Assembly (NCBI GenBank): GCA_044344255.1
Contig: JBIJDH010000005.1
Location: 1-64,000 of the forward strand
Origin: Myxococcota bacterium
GTDB taxonomy: Bacteria; Myxococcota_A; UBA796; UBA2385
DNA: 64,000 bases
Direction: 5' to 3'
Of this stretch, positions 1 to 12,155 are shown one piece after another; position 1 is the stretch's first letter, and each line of letters starts with the position of its first letter. The notes below the pieces were generated by a model. That model saw only the letters and a list, made by a program, of their open reading frames with translations. It was not told where the DNA came from and made no database searches. The position numbers and the translations under genes were made by a program.

Positions 1-80
1 CCTCCCCGAAGCCTCACCGTGCGGGGCCCCCGCCCCCCGCGGCCACCGTTTGAAGGGTCGGAGGCGAACTCCAGGCCGGA

Positions 81-119
81 CTACTTCTGGTGAGCACAAG
101 TGGTCTACTTCGGGTGAGC
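81..119. repeat. 15-bp imperfect direct repeat overlapping the stop codon of the 105..506 ORF
   Basis: CTACTTCTGGTGAGC (81-95) and CTACTTCGGGTGAGC (105-119), one mismatch. Confidence 0.8.
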
Positions 120-506
120 GCTCAAGGATTGCCAGTCGCGAAGGCGATTTGCGTCAATTACGACGGGATCGCCGGGTGATCGGTCAAGGAAGGAGACGAG
201 GGCACGAGCGGCAGCTTCCGCCACGCTGTAGATGCAGCTCAGCCGCCGAATCAGCTCCTCTACACTGGGGGCTCCCGACTCCCGCTCCACGATGTTTGTG
301 TCGGGCCCTCGCTCCGCCACCCGCACCCACCCCGCGCGCCGTGAAAACGAGACGCGGACCGGGGCAGGTAGGTGGGCGACTGTGTAACGCTGCATACCTG
401 CCACCTCGACTGCAGCGGCGAGCAGAACAGGCTCCGGACGGAACGGCTGCGGATCGGCAGAAGACAAGGCACCTCCAAGGCCACCGAAAGGTAGCACGTC
501 GCCCAC
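105..506 (-). CDS. Hypothetical protein (133 aa), divergent from the KAP NTPase
   Basis: Protein-like composition unlike the R/P/G-rich shadow ORFs; GGAAGG upstream of the GTG start; no recognisable motif. Confidence 0.5.
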   Translation of the reverse strand: MGDVLPFGGLGGALSSADPQPFRPEPVLLAAAVEVAGMQRYTVAHLPAPVRVSFSRRAGWVRVAERGPDTNIVERESGAPSVEELIRRLSCIYSVAEAAARALVSFLDRSPGDPVVIDANRLRDWQSLSAHPK

Positions 507-604
507 CGCCCTTCCTGCCGGGTCACGAAGGAGCGCCTGGGGTGAATCGTCGCCGGTGAGCCTCGACGGTTGGTGATAGGCTGCTCGGAGCAGGGGAGTG
601 GGGC

Positions 605-2038
605 GTGCGATCTGTTGACTTCATCTCGCAGGACTTCTTTGAGCACCTTCATGATCCGGAGGGTACGCGGCTTCCCGAGGACGCCCTTGGGCACGGGGCC
701 CTCGCAGAGACCCTCCTGCGGGCGGCCACCTCATTGCCGCCCGGGACCGTGATCGCGCTCCAAGGTGCGTGGGGCCGAGGCAAGACTGATGTGCTGGCTC
801 GGGTCGCCGCCCGAACATGGCCGCTGGACAAGCAGGATCTCCCGCCCGGGATCGCGGATGGGGCGTTGTGGATCAACCCCTGGCAATATGGCACCCCTGA
901 CCTGCTCACGCCGCTGGTGGCCGAGCTGGTGAAACGAGCGAGGTCGCGCGCCCGATTTGACACGGAGGCGCTACGCAGGGGAGCGCGCACCATTATTGAA
1001 GCGGGGATCTCTTTCGGGATGAAGGCCGCCGCGGTCGTCTTGCCGGTGGCCGGGGGAATCGCTGAGGCGGCCCAGGAGCCGATGGACAAGCTGGTGGGCG
1101 CCCTCTTCGACGGCCCTGGAGAGAAGGTGGACGTGGATCCGGTTGCCGCAATGGGGAGGCGCTTTCGGGAGCTGGTGGAAGTGCTTGTGCCCCCGCCAGA
1201 GGCTGCGCTGGGGGCCCGTCTGCTCATCTGTATTGACGACCTGGACCGTTGCCTGCCGGATCGTCAGGTAGCGCTGCTCCAGGCCTTCCGCTTTCTCCTC
1301 TCCGCCCAGGCGCCGGTCACCTTCCTCGTCGCCCTCGACCCGGTGCTGGTCCGCGAGGCTGTGCGTACCCACTACAGAGGAGCACAGTTCGATGTTGACC
1401 GCTACCTCGACAAGCTCTTCGAGCTTCGTGTCAACCTGCCGGGAGTTGCCGAGCCGTCACTGGCGAAGGTGATCGGCGGACACCTCCGTCGGGAGCTGCA
1501 GGTGGATGGACGCCCCTCCACGATGCGGGTACTGGCCACGACGGTTCTGGGCTTCCCTGCGGAGGATCTTGCCGAGGAGCTCCGGGTGCTCCTCTCCAAG
1601 TCCGGGCTCGCGAATCCGCGGATCATCCGCCGACTCATGGACCGTCTCCACCTCTTCTGTGTCGCACGGGGATCACAGAAGCTGAACCTGCCTCCGGTGA
1701 GCGGTATGGCCCCAGCCCATTTGGTCGCGGTCTGGCTAATCGTCTGCGATCGATGGCCGGCGGTGCGGAACGCGGTTCAGGATGCCGGCTTCGGGGAGAG
1801 ATGGAGGGAGATACGAAGTATGTACCTTGATTATGTTCAGTTCGTCGGCGACCCAGTTACTCGCCCGCAGGCGCTTGACTTGGCCGAGCATAAAGCCCGC
1901 CGATGGCTCGTACCTTCACCGGTTGACGCCCCTGCCTTGATCGCCCTTCTGGAGACGGCTCCGGTCTTGGAAGGCAGCCGAGAGGTTGTGGTGGCCCTCG
2001 AAGCCTTCGACCAGGCTCTGGTGGCCGCTGGGCTGTAG
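605..2038 (+). CDS. KAP-family P-loop NTPase
   Basis: Walker A GAWGRGKT, INPWQY, Walker B LLICIDDLDRC, YLDKLF and NPR motifs typical of KAP NTPases. Confidence 0.88.
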   Translation: MRSVDFISQDFFEHLHDPEGTRLPEDALGHGALAETLLRAATSLPPGTVIALQGAWGRGKTDVLARVAARTWPLDKQDLPPGIADGALWINPWQYGTPDLLTPLVAELVKRARSRARFDTEALRRGARTIIEAGISFGMKAAAVVLPVAGGIAEAAQEPMDKLVGALFDGPGEKVDVDPVAAMGRRFRELVEVLVPPPEAALGARLLICIDDLDRCLPDRQVALLQAFRFLLSAQAPVTFLVALDPVLVREAVRTHYRGAQFDVDRYLDKLFELRVNLPGVAEPSLAKVIGGHLRRELQVDGRPSTMRVLATTVLGFPAEDLAEELRVLLSKSGLANPRIIRRLMDRLHLFCVARGSQKLNLPPVSGMAPAHLVAVWLIVCDRWPAVRNAVQDAGFGERWREIRSMYLDYVQFVGDPVTRPQALDLAEHKARRWLVPSPVDAPALIALLETAPVLEGSREVVVALEAFDQALVAAGL

Positions 2039-2061
2039 TAGGCGCTGCCTTTGGTCTCGGG

Positions 2062-2549
2062 TCAGCCCCACCGCGCCGCCAGCCTCGCCCAGGTCCCGGT
2101 TGGAAGCTCTCGGTGGATGGCGAGCGCGTTCGGCACACGGTTTCTTCCCATGACCTCTTCATCCACCCCATAGAGGAGGCCGATCAGCACGCGGTTCATG
2201 CCCCCATGGGCCACGAGCAGCGTGACCGGCACCTCGGGGAGGGCGGCGAGGGCCGGGAGCGCGCGACGGGCGAGATCCTCATGGGACTCACCGCCGGTCG
2301 GGCGCCCTGTCCAGGTCAGCATGTGGTCCATTCGACCATCCGTCGGAGTTCGGCGATAGACTGACCCTGATATTCGCCCATACGCCGCTCGCGCAGGCTG
2401 GGGAGGACCACGGGAGGTGGGAGGGCGCCGGACCCGACACAGGCCTGGAGGAGGAGCTCCGCGGTGCGCCGGGCCCGATAGAGGTCGCTCGTGAGCACCC
2501 GGTCGAAGATGGCGCCCTGGAGCGCCTCGCCGGCCAGGATGGCCTGGTC
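2062..2549 (-). pseudogene. Histidine phosphatase (phosphoglycerate mutase family) remnant, frameshifted and 5'-truncated
   Basis: One frame gives DQAILAGEAL..FDRVLTSDLYRARRTAE..LRERRMGEYQG; the next frame gives GGES..LLVAHGG..PNA. Shift near 2340; no RHG motif upstream and an in-frame TGA at about 2601-2603. Confidence 0.75.
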
Positions 2550-2898
2550 CGGAGCCCCGGCGCCGCCCCGGAGCCCGTGCTCGGGGCCGACCGAGAGCGT
2601 TCATCTCTCCCATCCGCCTTGGCCGCGATGAGGCCGCCGATCCGCCCCTGCTCGGCCTCGTCGGCGTCAGGGGCGCCTCTGCCGGCGCGGGAGAGGAGGC
2701 CCCACGGTCGGCGTCTGTCCCCGACGTGTCCCCGGGGCCGGCCGAGCCCTTCCCGCCTCCTCCGGCGGCTCCCCGCTGCAGGCGAGGGCGAACAGCAGCG
2801 GACAGCGCCTTCAGAGCGCGAGGGCGGCAGCAGGATGGGCGTTGTCACAGTCGTGCGCACGGCTGTGTTCGACGAGGTGAGCCTCGGTGGGCGGCCCC

Positions 2899-3750
2899 CT
2901 ACCAGACCCCCGAGAGCTGCACCATCCCCGGCTGCCTCCCCGTCGAGCCTCGGGGTACGCCGGCCTCCGCGGGCTCCTGGCCCGCGCTCTCGTGGAGGCT
3001 CACGGTGCTGATCCCCACCGCGGCGCCGATCGCGCCGCCGACCAGCACGTCGGTGGGGTAATGGCGCCCGGCCAGCACGCGGAGGCCGCCCATCCCCGCG
3101 GTGAGGAGGCCGGCGCCGCCATAGGCCGCCCAGGGCTCGACCTCGCGGGAGTGAACCAGCACCGCCGCCGTGGAGAAGCCGACCGCGCCGGTGAAGGCGG
3201 TGTGTCCAGAGGGGAAGCTGAGGCTCGAGTCTGTGGTGGTGCGCTTCTCCACGTTGTCGGCGGTGGGGTTCACCGTCCAGGTGTAGGGGCGGGGGCGCCG
3301 CACCGCGAGCTTGGTGAGGTCGACCAGGGCGCCGGTCAGCGCGAAAGACTCGACCACGAGCAGCGCCGGGACCGCCGCCTGGTCGTGCCCGCTCCCGGCC
3401 CAGGCGCTGGCGCCGACGGACAGGGGGAGGAGGCTGTAGAGCAGGGCGTCCGAGGCCTTGGCCGTGCCGGGTGACCAGCGGTCGAGCGCGACCCGATCGA
3501 GGCCTTGGGGGGCCTCCCCGTGCGCAGGGGAGGGGCCGAGCTCCGGCTCCACGGCGAGGTACAGCGCGGCCCAGGTGCTCCCCGCCGCCACGGTCACCGC
3601 GGTGTCGACGCGGCTGTCCCAGGCGTAACGAGGCTCTGCCCGAGCGACCGAGGAGACCTGGAGCAGGCCGAGGAGCGAGAGGCCGAGGCACGAACGGCCG
3701 AAGCGCGGGAGGCCGAGGCACGAGCGGCCGAAGCGCGAGAGGAGAGCCAT
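2899..3750 (-). CDS. PAP2-family phosphatase with signal peptide
   Basis: KLAVRRPRP, SFPSGH and RVLAGRHYPTDV match PAP2 motifs C1-C3; 30-bp duplication (RFGRSCLGL x2) in the N-terminus. Confidence 0.88.
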   Translation of the reverse strand: MALLSRFGRSCLGLPRFGRSCLGLSLLGLLQVSSVARAEPRYAWDSRVDTAVTVAAGSTWAALYLAVEPELGPSPAHGEAPQGLDRVALDRWSPGTAKASDALLYSLLPLSVGASAWAGSGHDQAAVPALLVVESFALTGALVDLTKLAVRRPRPYTWTVNPTADNVEKRTTTDSSLSFPSGHTAFTGAVGFSTAAVLVHSREVEPWAAYGGAGLLTAGMGGLRVLAGRHYPTDVLVGGAIGAAVGISTVSLHESAGQEPAEAGVPRGSTGRQPGMVQLSGVW

Positions 3751-3780
3751 TCCGGTCACTCCGGGGAGGGGCAGGGGAGG

Positions 3781-5928
3781 TCAGGGGGAGGGCGGCGGGC
3801 CTTGGAGGGCCGAGCCTGCGGCCTTCACCCACTCGTTGGTCGGCCCGCCGGGCAGGCGGAGGGCCGCCTCCAGCGCTTGGGCGGCCCCGGCGCGGTCTCC
3901 GGCGCCGAAGCGGGCCACGGCGAGCATCCCGTGGAGCTCGGCCTCTCCGGGGCAGCGGGGGAGGGCCGCCTCGAGCACCTGGACGGCCACGGTGTAGTTG
4001 CCGAGCAGCAGCTCCAGGCGGGCGAGGAGGGCGTGGCCGGCGGGCTCGGTCGGGTCCCAGCGGCTGAGCCAGGCGGCCTCGCGGCGGGCGCTGAGGCGGT
4101 CACCGGCGGCGAAGCTCGACTGGGCGAGCAGCAAGCGCGCGCCCGGATCGTAGCGGTCGATCGAGACCGCGCGCTCGGCGGCCTCGACCGCGCCCCGGGC
4201 CGAGCCCGTGCGGAGGCGGGCGGCGGCGAGGTTGGCCCAGGCCTTGTCATCACAGGGGTCGACCTCGACGACGCGGCTGGCCACGGCGGCGGCGCCCGTC
4301 GGATCGCCCCGCTGGAGCAGGAGGTAGGAGAGGTTCACGCCTGCGGCGGTGTGGCCGGGATCGGCGGTGAAGGCGGCCCGAAAGCCGGCCTCGGCGGTGT
4401 TTCGGTCGCCATGGAGGAGCTCCCAGACGGCGCTCCCGTACTCGGCCTCCACCTCGGGGGCGCGGAAGACGTGCTGATCGATGGCGCAGCGCTCGCTCGG
4501 CCGCGCGGGCACGAGCAGGTTCCAGGGTTGGAGGCGGCTCGTGGGCGGCAGCGCGAAGAAGGCGCCGAGGCCGAGGGCGGCGAGCCCTCGGATCGCTCGT
4601 GCGCGCGGCGTTCGCGTGCGCGCGGTCTCCTCATCGCCCCCCGCGGGGGAGGGCCAGAGCGCGGCCCCTGCGAAGGCCCCGAAGACCGCGAAGAGGGGCA
4701 GCCGGTAGCGGTCGAGCGCGAAGAAGAGCGCGACGCTGCCGACCCCGGTGACGAGGAGGAGCAGGAGCGGCGCGGCCTCCCTGCGGCGGCCCTCTCGCCA
4801 CAGCCCGACGAGGCCGAGCGCCACGACGGGCCCCCAGAGTGAGGGCAGCCAGCGGAGCACGCGCGAGCGGGCGCGGAGGCCGTCGGCGTCGAAGTTGTCG
4901 CTGGCCGAGGCGCTCGAGAGCACCTGGCTCACCTTCCGGAGGGTCAGGCCGACCAGACGTAGGGGCTCGGCCCGCCAGGCGGCGAGGGCCCGGCCGGTCC
5001 AGTAACGGTCCACCTCAGCGGGCGAGAGCGGGCGCTGCGCCTCGATCGAGGCCACGAGCGCCGCCTTCTTCGCCAGCGCGGCGGGCTCCGCGGGCAGACG
5101 GAAGTCCTGCACCGCCGCGGTGCTGAAGAGGGCGTTGTTCCCGCGGTAGAGGTTGACGCCGCCGCCCGTGGTGACGAGGGCGGGGGTGCCGTCGGCCGCG
5201 AGGTTGTGGGCGAGGCAGAGCCCGACGGGGAGGCTCATGCCGAGGGCGAGCAGCAGGGGGGCGAGGCGCGCGCGCTGGCCCCGCAGGGCGTCGACCCCGA
5301 AGAGGCCCACCAGCAGCGGCAGCCCGAGGAGGAGGTTCGCCCGCCCGGTGGTGGCGAGGCCGAGCAGGAGGCCGAGGCCGAGGTGCGGCCAGGCCGCGCG
5401 CCGCTCGTTCCACACCCGGTGGAGGGCGAGCGCCGAGGCCGTGCCCAGCAGCACGTTGAGCGAGGTGCCGAGCAGCACGCTGTCGTAGAGGATGAGCACC
5501 GGATCGAGCGCCAGGGCCAGGCCGGCGGTCCAGGCCCCGGCCCGCCCGGCCACGGCCTGCCCGAGGCGGGCCCCGAGCCCGATCATGAGCCCGGAGAGCA
5601 GCACCTGGAGCACGAAGACGGGGGTGGCGGTGCCCTCGACGCCGAGCAGGCCGAGCGCCCCGTAGACCAGGGCGAGGGAGGCGCCGTAGAGGGGGGCCTG
5701 GGTGAAGGCCTCGGGCTGGACGAGGCCCCCGGAGAGGAAGCTGCGGGCCAGCTCGTCGTACCAGGCGCTGTCGAGCAGGGGCCGATCGTAGAGCGGGTCG
5801 GTGGCCCGGGCCTCGAGCAGGCGGGCGAGGCGGAGGCCGACCCCGAGCAGCACCGGCAGCACCCGGGGGTCCAGCACACGCGCCGCGATGCCCGGAGCCT
5901 GCGGCCGCCCTGGCCCCTCGGCGCTCAT
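3781..5928 (-). CDS. GT-C fold membrane glycosyltransferase (ArnT/PMT-like) with C-terminal TPR repeats
   Basis: DSAWYDELA..APLY loop after TM1, many TM helices, RYRLP motif, TPR-like helices (AWANLAAA, AGHALLARL). Confidence 0.78.
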   Translation of the reverse strand: MSAEGPGRPQAPGIAARVLDPRVLPVLLGVGLRLARLLEARATDPLYDRPLLDSAWYDELARSFLSGGLVQPEAFTQAPLYGASLALVYGALGLLGVEGTATPVFVLQVLLSGLMIGLGARLGQAVAGRAGAWTAGLALALDPVLILYDSVLLGTSLNVLLGTASALALHRVWNERRAAWPHLGLGLLLGLATTGRANLLLGLPLLVGLFGVDALRGQRARLAPLLLALGMSLPVGLCLAHNLAADGTPALVTTGGGVNLYRGNNALFSTAAVQDFRLPAEPAALAKKAALVASIEAQRPLSPAEVDRYWTGRALAAWRAEPLRLVGLTLRKVSQVLSSASASDNFDADGLRARSRVLRWLPSLWGPVVALGLVGLWREGRRREAAPLLLLLVTGVGSVALFFALDRYRLPLFAVFGAFAGAALWPSPAGGDEETARTRTPRARAIRGLAALGLGAFFALPPTSRLQPWNLLVPARPSERCAIDQHVFRAPEVEAEYGSAVWELLHGDRNTAEAGFRAAFTADPGHTAAGVNLSYLLLQRGDPTGAAAVASRVVEVDPCDDKAWANLAAARLRTGSARGAVEAAERAVSIDRYDPGARLLLAQSSFAAGDRLSARREAAWLSRWDPTEPAGHALLARLELLLGNYTVAVQVLEAALPRCPGEAELHGMLAVARFGAGDRAGAAQALEAALRLPGGPTNEWVKAAGSALQGPPPSP

Positions 5929-5938
5929 CTCGCGCCGC

Positions 5939-6616
5939 TCATCGGCCGGGCTTCTGGAGCCGCTCCGGCGGGAGGTCTGGGTGGGTCAAGGTGCCCACGC
6001 GCACGGCGTACCGATGGCCGGCCTCGGTCGCCTCGATACCCACCACGCGCCCCAGCGGGCCGTCCAGCCGCACCCAGTCGAGGAGGCCGAAGGCGGTGCC
6101 CTGAGGGGCCTGGGCGTAGGGGGCGCCGGTCTCGAGCCAGGCGCCGATGCCGCCGGGCAGCGACCAGGACTCGGGGAAGCCCTGGTCCCGGAGGTAGTGC
6201 GCCACGCCGAAGCTGCGCATCCCGGCGGCGCAGTAGAAGACGAGCGGACGGTCGCGCGGGAGGAGCGCGAGGCTCTCGGGCACGTCGTTCATCGGCAGCA
6301 GCAGCGCCCCGGCGACGTAGCCCTGGCGCACCTCGTGGGGCTCGCGGATGTCGACGAACAGGGGGCTTCGGCCCGCCGCCAGCCAGGCCTGGATCTCCAC
6401 CGCGTCGGCCTCGACCACCGGCTCGACCTCGGGCTCGACCTCTGGCTGTCGCCCGGGCTCCACCGACGGCGCCACCTCTGGCTTGGACGACGATGGTTCG
6501 CTCCTCCAGCCGGCCTGGGAGGTCGGGGGCTCCCGACCCGTCGCCGGCGCCCCGGGCACCCGCGGGGCCCCCGCGATGAGGCGCCGCGCGGCTCGCTTGA
6601 GGAGGTCTCGGACCAT
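5939..6616 (-). CDS. Rhodanese-like domain protein
   Basis: FVDIREPHE..GYVAGA..LVFYCAAGMRS..LPGGIGAW. Confidence 0.85.
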   Translation of the reverse strand: MVRDLLKRAARRLIAGAPRVPGAPATGREPPTSQAGWRSEPSSSKPEVAPSVEPGRQPEVEPEVEPVVEADAVEIQAWLAAGRSPLFVDIREPHEVRQGYVAGALLLPMNDVPESLALLPRDRPLVFYCAAGMRSFGVAHYLRDQGFPESWSLPGGIGAWLETGAPYAQAPQGTAFGLLDWVRLDGPLGRVVGIEATEAGHRYAVRVGTLTHPDLPPERLQKPGR

Positions 6617-7491
6617 CAGGCGGCGGGCCGATTGAGCGCGCCGGGGTCGTGGCGGCGCTTGTGCTCGTTGGCCAGATCGCCGATGGCGCTCATGAGCCGC
6701 TCGGAGGCCTGTTTTTGCACCGCGTACTCCTCGGCCCGGGGGCGGAGGTCGTCGAGCTCGACGTGGTTGCCGTAGTAGATGTAGATCGGGTGCGCCGAGG
6801 GGTTCGTCAGGTTCAGCCAGATCTCCCGCAGCATGTTGTTGCTGAAGCCGAGGATGAAGACGGGCAGCACCCGCACCCCGTCGACCGTGAGGGCGATGGC
6901 GCCCGGGCCGGCCTGCGCGGGGAGGAAGGTGTAGGGATCGGGCCCGAGGCCGCGCTTCCCTTCAGGGTGAATCCCCAGGATCGTGCCCGGGATCTGGATC
7001 TCCGCCTGCATCCGGGCGAGCGCGTACCGGTTGAAGGGGGCCTTCGACTTCTCGCGCATCACGGGCGGGAACATCGCCATGCCGGTGAGGACAAAATTCA
7101 CGAAGGCGCCGAAGAAGCTGTCGTAGAAAAAGTTGCTCCGAACCGGGAAGAACAGCCGCGCTCGGATCCCGGCCTGCTGCGCGACCACGGTGCCGATGGC
7201 GTAGAAGTCGAAGAAGGACCGATGGTTGGCCACCATCAAGATGCGCGTGTCCGCCCCTTCCCCCCGCACGTTCTCCAGCCCGACGGCCTTGACGCGGCGG
7301 CTGGTCCCGCAGAGCACGACGAAGACGCCGAAGGTGTAGCAGATGAGCGGGGAGACCCACCGGAGCGACCCCGCGAAGAAGCTCGCGAGTCGGAACAGGA
7401 GGCGCTCCTTCCACGAGAGCAGCTCCAGCTGTTCCTGTGAGGGCTGGATCATGGCGTTGGTTCCCATCCTTGGGAGTGTTTGCGCGGTCAT
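6616..7491 (-). CDS. Lysophospholipid acyltransferase (PlsC-like)
   Basis: NHRSFFD (HX4D) and HPEGKR motifs; stop overlaps the next start; start could be one of three nearby ATGs. Confidence 0.85.
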   Translation of the reverse strand: MTAQTLPRMGTNAMIQPSQEQLELLSWKERLLFRLASFFAGSLRWVSPLICYTFGVFVVLCGTSRRVKAVGLENVRGEGADTRILMVANHRSFFDFYAIGTVVAQQAGIRARLFFPVRSNFFYDSFFGAFVNFVLTGMAMFPPVMREKSKAPFNRYALARMQAEIQIPGTILGIHPEGKRGLGPDPYTFLPAQAGPGAIALTVDGVRVLPVFILGFSNNMLREIWLNLTNPSAHPIYIYYGNHVELDDLRPRAEEYAVQKQASERLMSAIGDLANEHKRRHDPGALNRPAA

Positions 7492-7524
7492 AGCACAGTC
7501 GGAGCGCGCTGCCCCGAGAGGAGC

Positions 7525-8349
7525 TCAGCCGCAGGCGGCGTCCGCGCCGTCGCAGTCTTCGTCCGTGCCGTTCTCGCAGACCTCGGTGGCGCCGGGGTAG
7601 ACCGCCTCCGAATCGTCGTCACAGTCGCTGTCGTCGGCGACGTGCCCGAAGGGGGGGACGCAGGAGGAGGTGGAGACCGCGGCGTCCCCGAAGCCGTCCC
7701 CGTCGGCGTCCCGGTACCAGGGCTGGAAGAGGGTGATCGCGGCGTCGGAGTCGTCGCAGTCGTCGCGGTTGGCGACGTAGCCCGAGGGGGGCTCGGGATC
7801 GCAGGTGACCGTGCTCTGGTCCCGGTCGCCGAGCCCGTCGCCGTCGGCGTCCTGGTACCAGGTCTCGGTGTCCGCCTCGGTGGTGGAGGGGTCGCAGTCG
7901 TTATCTACGCCGTCGCAGAGCTCCTGCGCGTCTGGGCTCACCGCGGCGTCGGAGTCGTCGCAGTCGTCGCCGTCGGCGGTGAAGCCGTCCTGCTCCGTGC
8001 AGGATTGGACGCTGATGTTGCGGTCGCCGAAGCCGTCGCCGTCGGCGTCGGGGTGGAGCGTGACCTCGAGCCCCTCGTCGGTCGCGCCGTCACAGTTGTC
8101 GTCCAGGGCATTGCAGCGCTCTTCGGCCCCTGGGAAGACGCTGTCGTCGGCGTCGTCGCAGTCATCGCCGCCGAAGCGGGCGCTCGGGTGGCCATCGCCG
8201 TCCCCGTCCTGCCGGCCCTTGAGCTCGGCGTCGGAGATGAGGGCGCAGCCGATGGGGCCGAGGCCGACGCCGGTGAGGCCCAGGGCCAAGAGGGTGACTG
8301 AGGACAGGCGGCGGAGGGCCGCGGCTGCGCTCGACGCAGAGAGGCTCAT
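7525..8349 (-). CDS. Asp/Cys-rich putative metal-binding (MopE-like DCDD repeat) lipoprotein; cassette 1
   Basis: Lipobox-like PIGC; repeated DCDDxD..PGAxExCxxxDxDCDG and WYxDADGDGFGD units. Confidence 0.85.
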   Translation of the reverse strand: MSLSASSAAAALRRLSSVTLLALGLTGVGLGPIGCALISDAELKGRQDGDGDGHPSARFGGDDCDDADDSVFPGAEERCNALDDNCDGATDEGLEVTLHPDADGDGFGDRNISVQSCTEQDGFTADGDDCDDSDAAVSPDAQELCDGVDNDCDPSTTEADTETWYQDADGDGLGDRDQSTVTCDPEPPSGYVANRDDCDDSDAAITLFQPWYRDADGDGFGDAAVSTSSCVPPFGHVADDSDCDDDSEAVYPGATEVCENGTDEDCDGADAACG

Positions 8350-8359
8350 CCAAGCACCC

Positions 8360-10962
<2,603 letters not shown>

Positions 10963-10966
<4 letters not shown>

Positions 10967-12036
10967 CAGCTCCCCACGAGTACGCCGCCCACCACGAGTC
11001 CAGCCGCTACCGTGCCGAAGCCCGCCGCCGCGAAGGTGCGGTTGCGGGCCTGGGACTGGTAACGCTCCAGGTCTTCGAGCGTGTCGCTCGGGTTGCCTTC
11101 ATCGAACTGTCGGCGGGGAACAAAGGACAATGCGTAAAAGCTCCCGCCGGCCACCGCGGCGGCGGCGGCGGTGCTCAACAGCACCGGACGGACCAGGCTC
11201 CGTTCGCCCTTGGCGGGCCGAACCTTCGCGGGCTCGGCCTTCGCGGGCTCGGCCTTCGCGGACTCGGCCTCCGCGGGCTTCGCGCTCGTCGCGACGGGGA
11301 GCGGCGCGGCGGCGCTCTTTTTGTCGGATCGAGGCTTCTTGCCCTCGTGCCCGCTGGTCGGCGCGGTGGCCCCTGTGGTGGCCACTGCGGTGGCCCCGGT
11401 GGTGGCCGCCGGGCTGGCGTGGGCGGGGGTGGCGTCGGCGGTGAAGAGGTAGGCAGAGGCGATGGTCTTGCCGTCTGCCCCGAGCACCTGGAAGATCGTG
11501 GCGCGGCCCGGGGGCCTCGCGGTGCCGGGGGTGCCGTCGAAGAGCATGGAGCCGGCGGCGGGGGCCGGCACCGGGGTCGCGACGCCGGGCAAGGGGGAGG
11601 CCGCGGTGTAGGCGTCGCGGATGACGTGCTTGGCCGGGATGAGGCTGGTGGGGAAGGCGTAGAGCGGCTCGAGCTCGCGGGCGGTGGCCCAGGCCTCTCG
11701 CGCCAGATCCGGCTCGCGGTTGGTGTACCGGCGCAGCCCCTCCATTCGGTGGACATAGGCGGAGATCGCGGTGGGCAGTCGCCCGTCGAGGCAGGGCAGC
11801 TGCGCCCTCCCCGCGGCCATGGCCCCCTCGAAGGAGTCCACGTCGAGGTCCGCGTAGGCGGCCTCGGCCTTCTTCATCGTGTCGTTGAGCGTCGTGGGGG
11901 AGACCGGCGTGGGGCAGGCGGCCTCTGCGACCCCGCCCAGCCCGAGCCCCAGCCCGAGCCCCAGCCCGACGACACAGAAGAACGACGCTCGATGACGTTG
12001 GAGGGGGCGAGCGGTGTCAGGAGCTTCGCGAACCAC
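10963..12036 (-). CDS. Secreted 'LPCL' protein (TPR-like helices, PEGA-like strand, C-terminal hydrophobic hairpin); cassette 1
   Basis: Signal peptide ..GVAEA; paralogous to 38050 and 52136; stop overlaps the kinase GTG. Start taken as GTG 12036, downstream of a TATAGT -10; ATG 12135 is an alternative. Confidence 0.75.
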
Positions 12037-12155
12037 GGTGGGTTGTCCGGGGGAGGGTGGCGTTGTGGACGGCGAGACTATACCCGCCAGCGTATGCCGG
12101 CGCGGAGCCCCAGCCGATCTCACCTTCCGTCTCATGCGCCGCAGAGGTGTACTCC

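Noticed and set aside
2330..2350. Programmed ribosomal frameshift in the phosphatase gene
   Set aside because: No slippery heptamer, and the catalytic N-terminus is also missing, so decay is the simpler explanation
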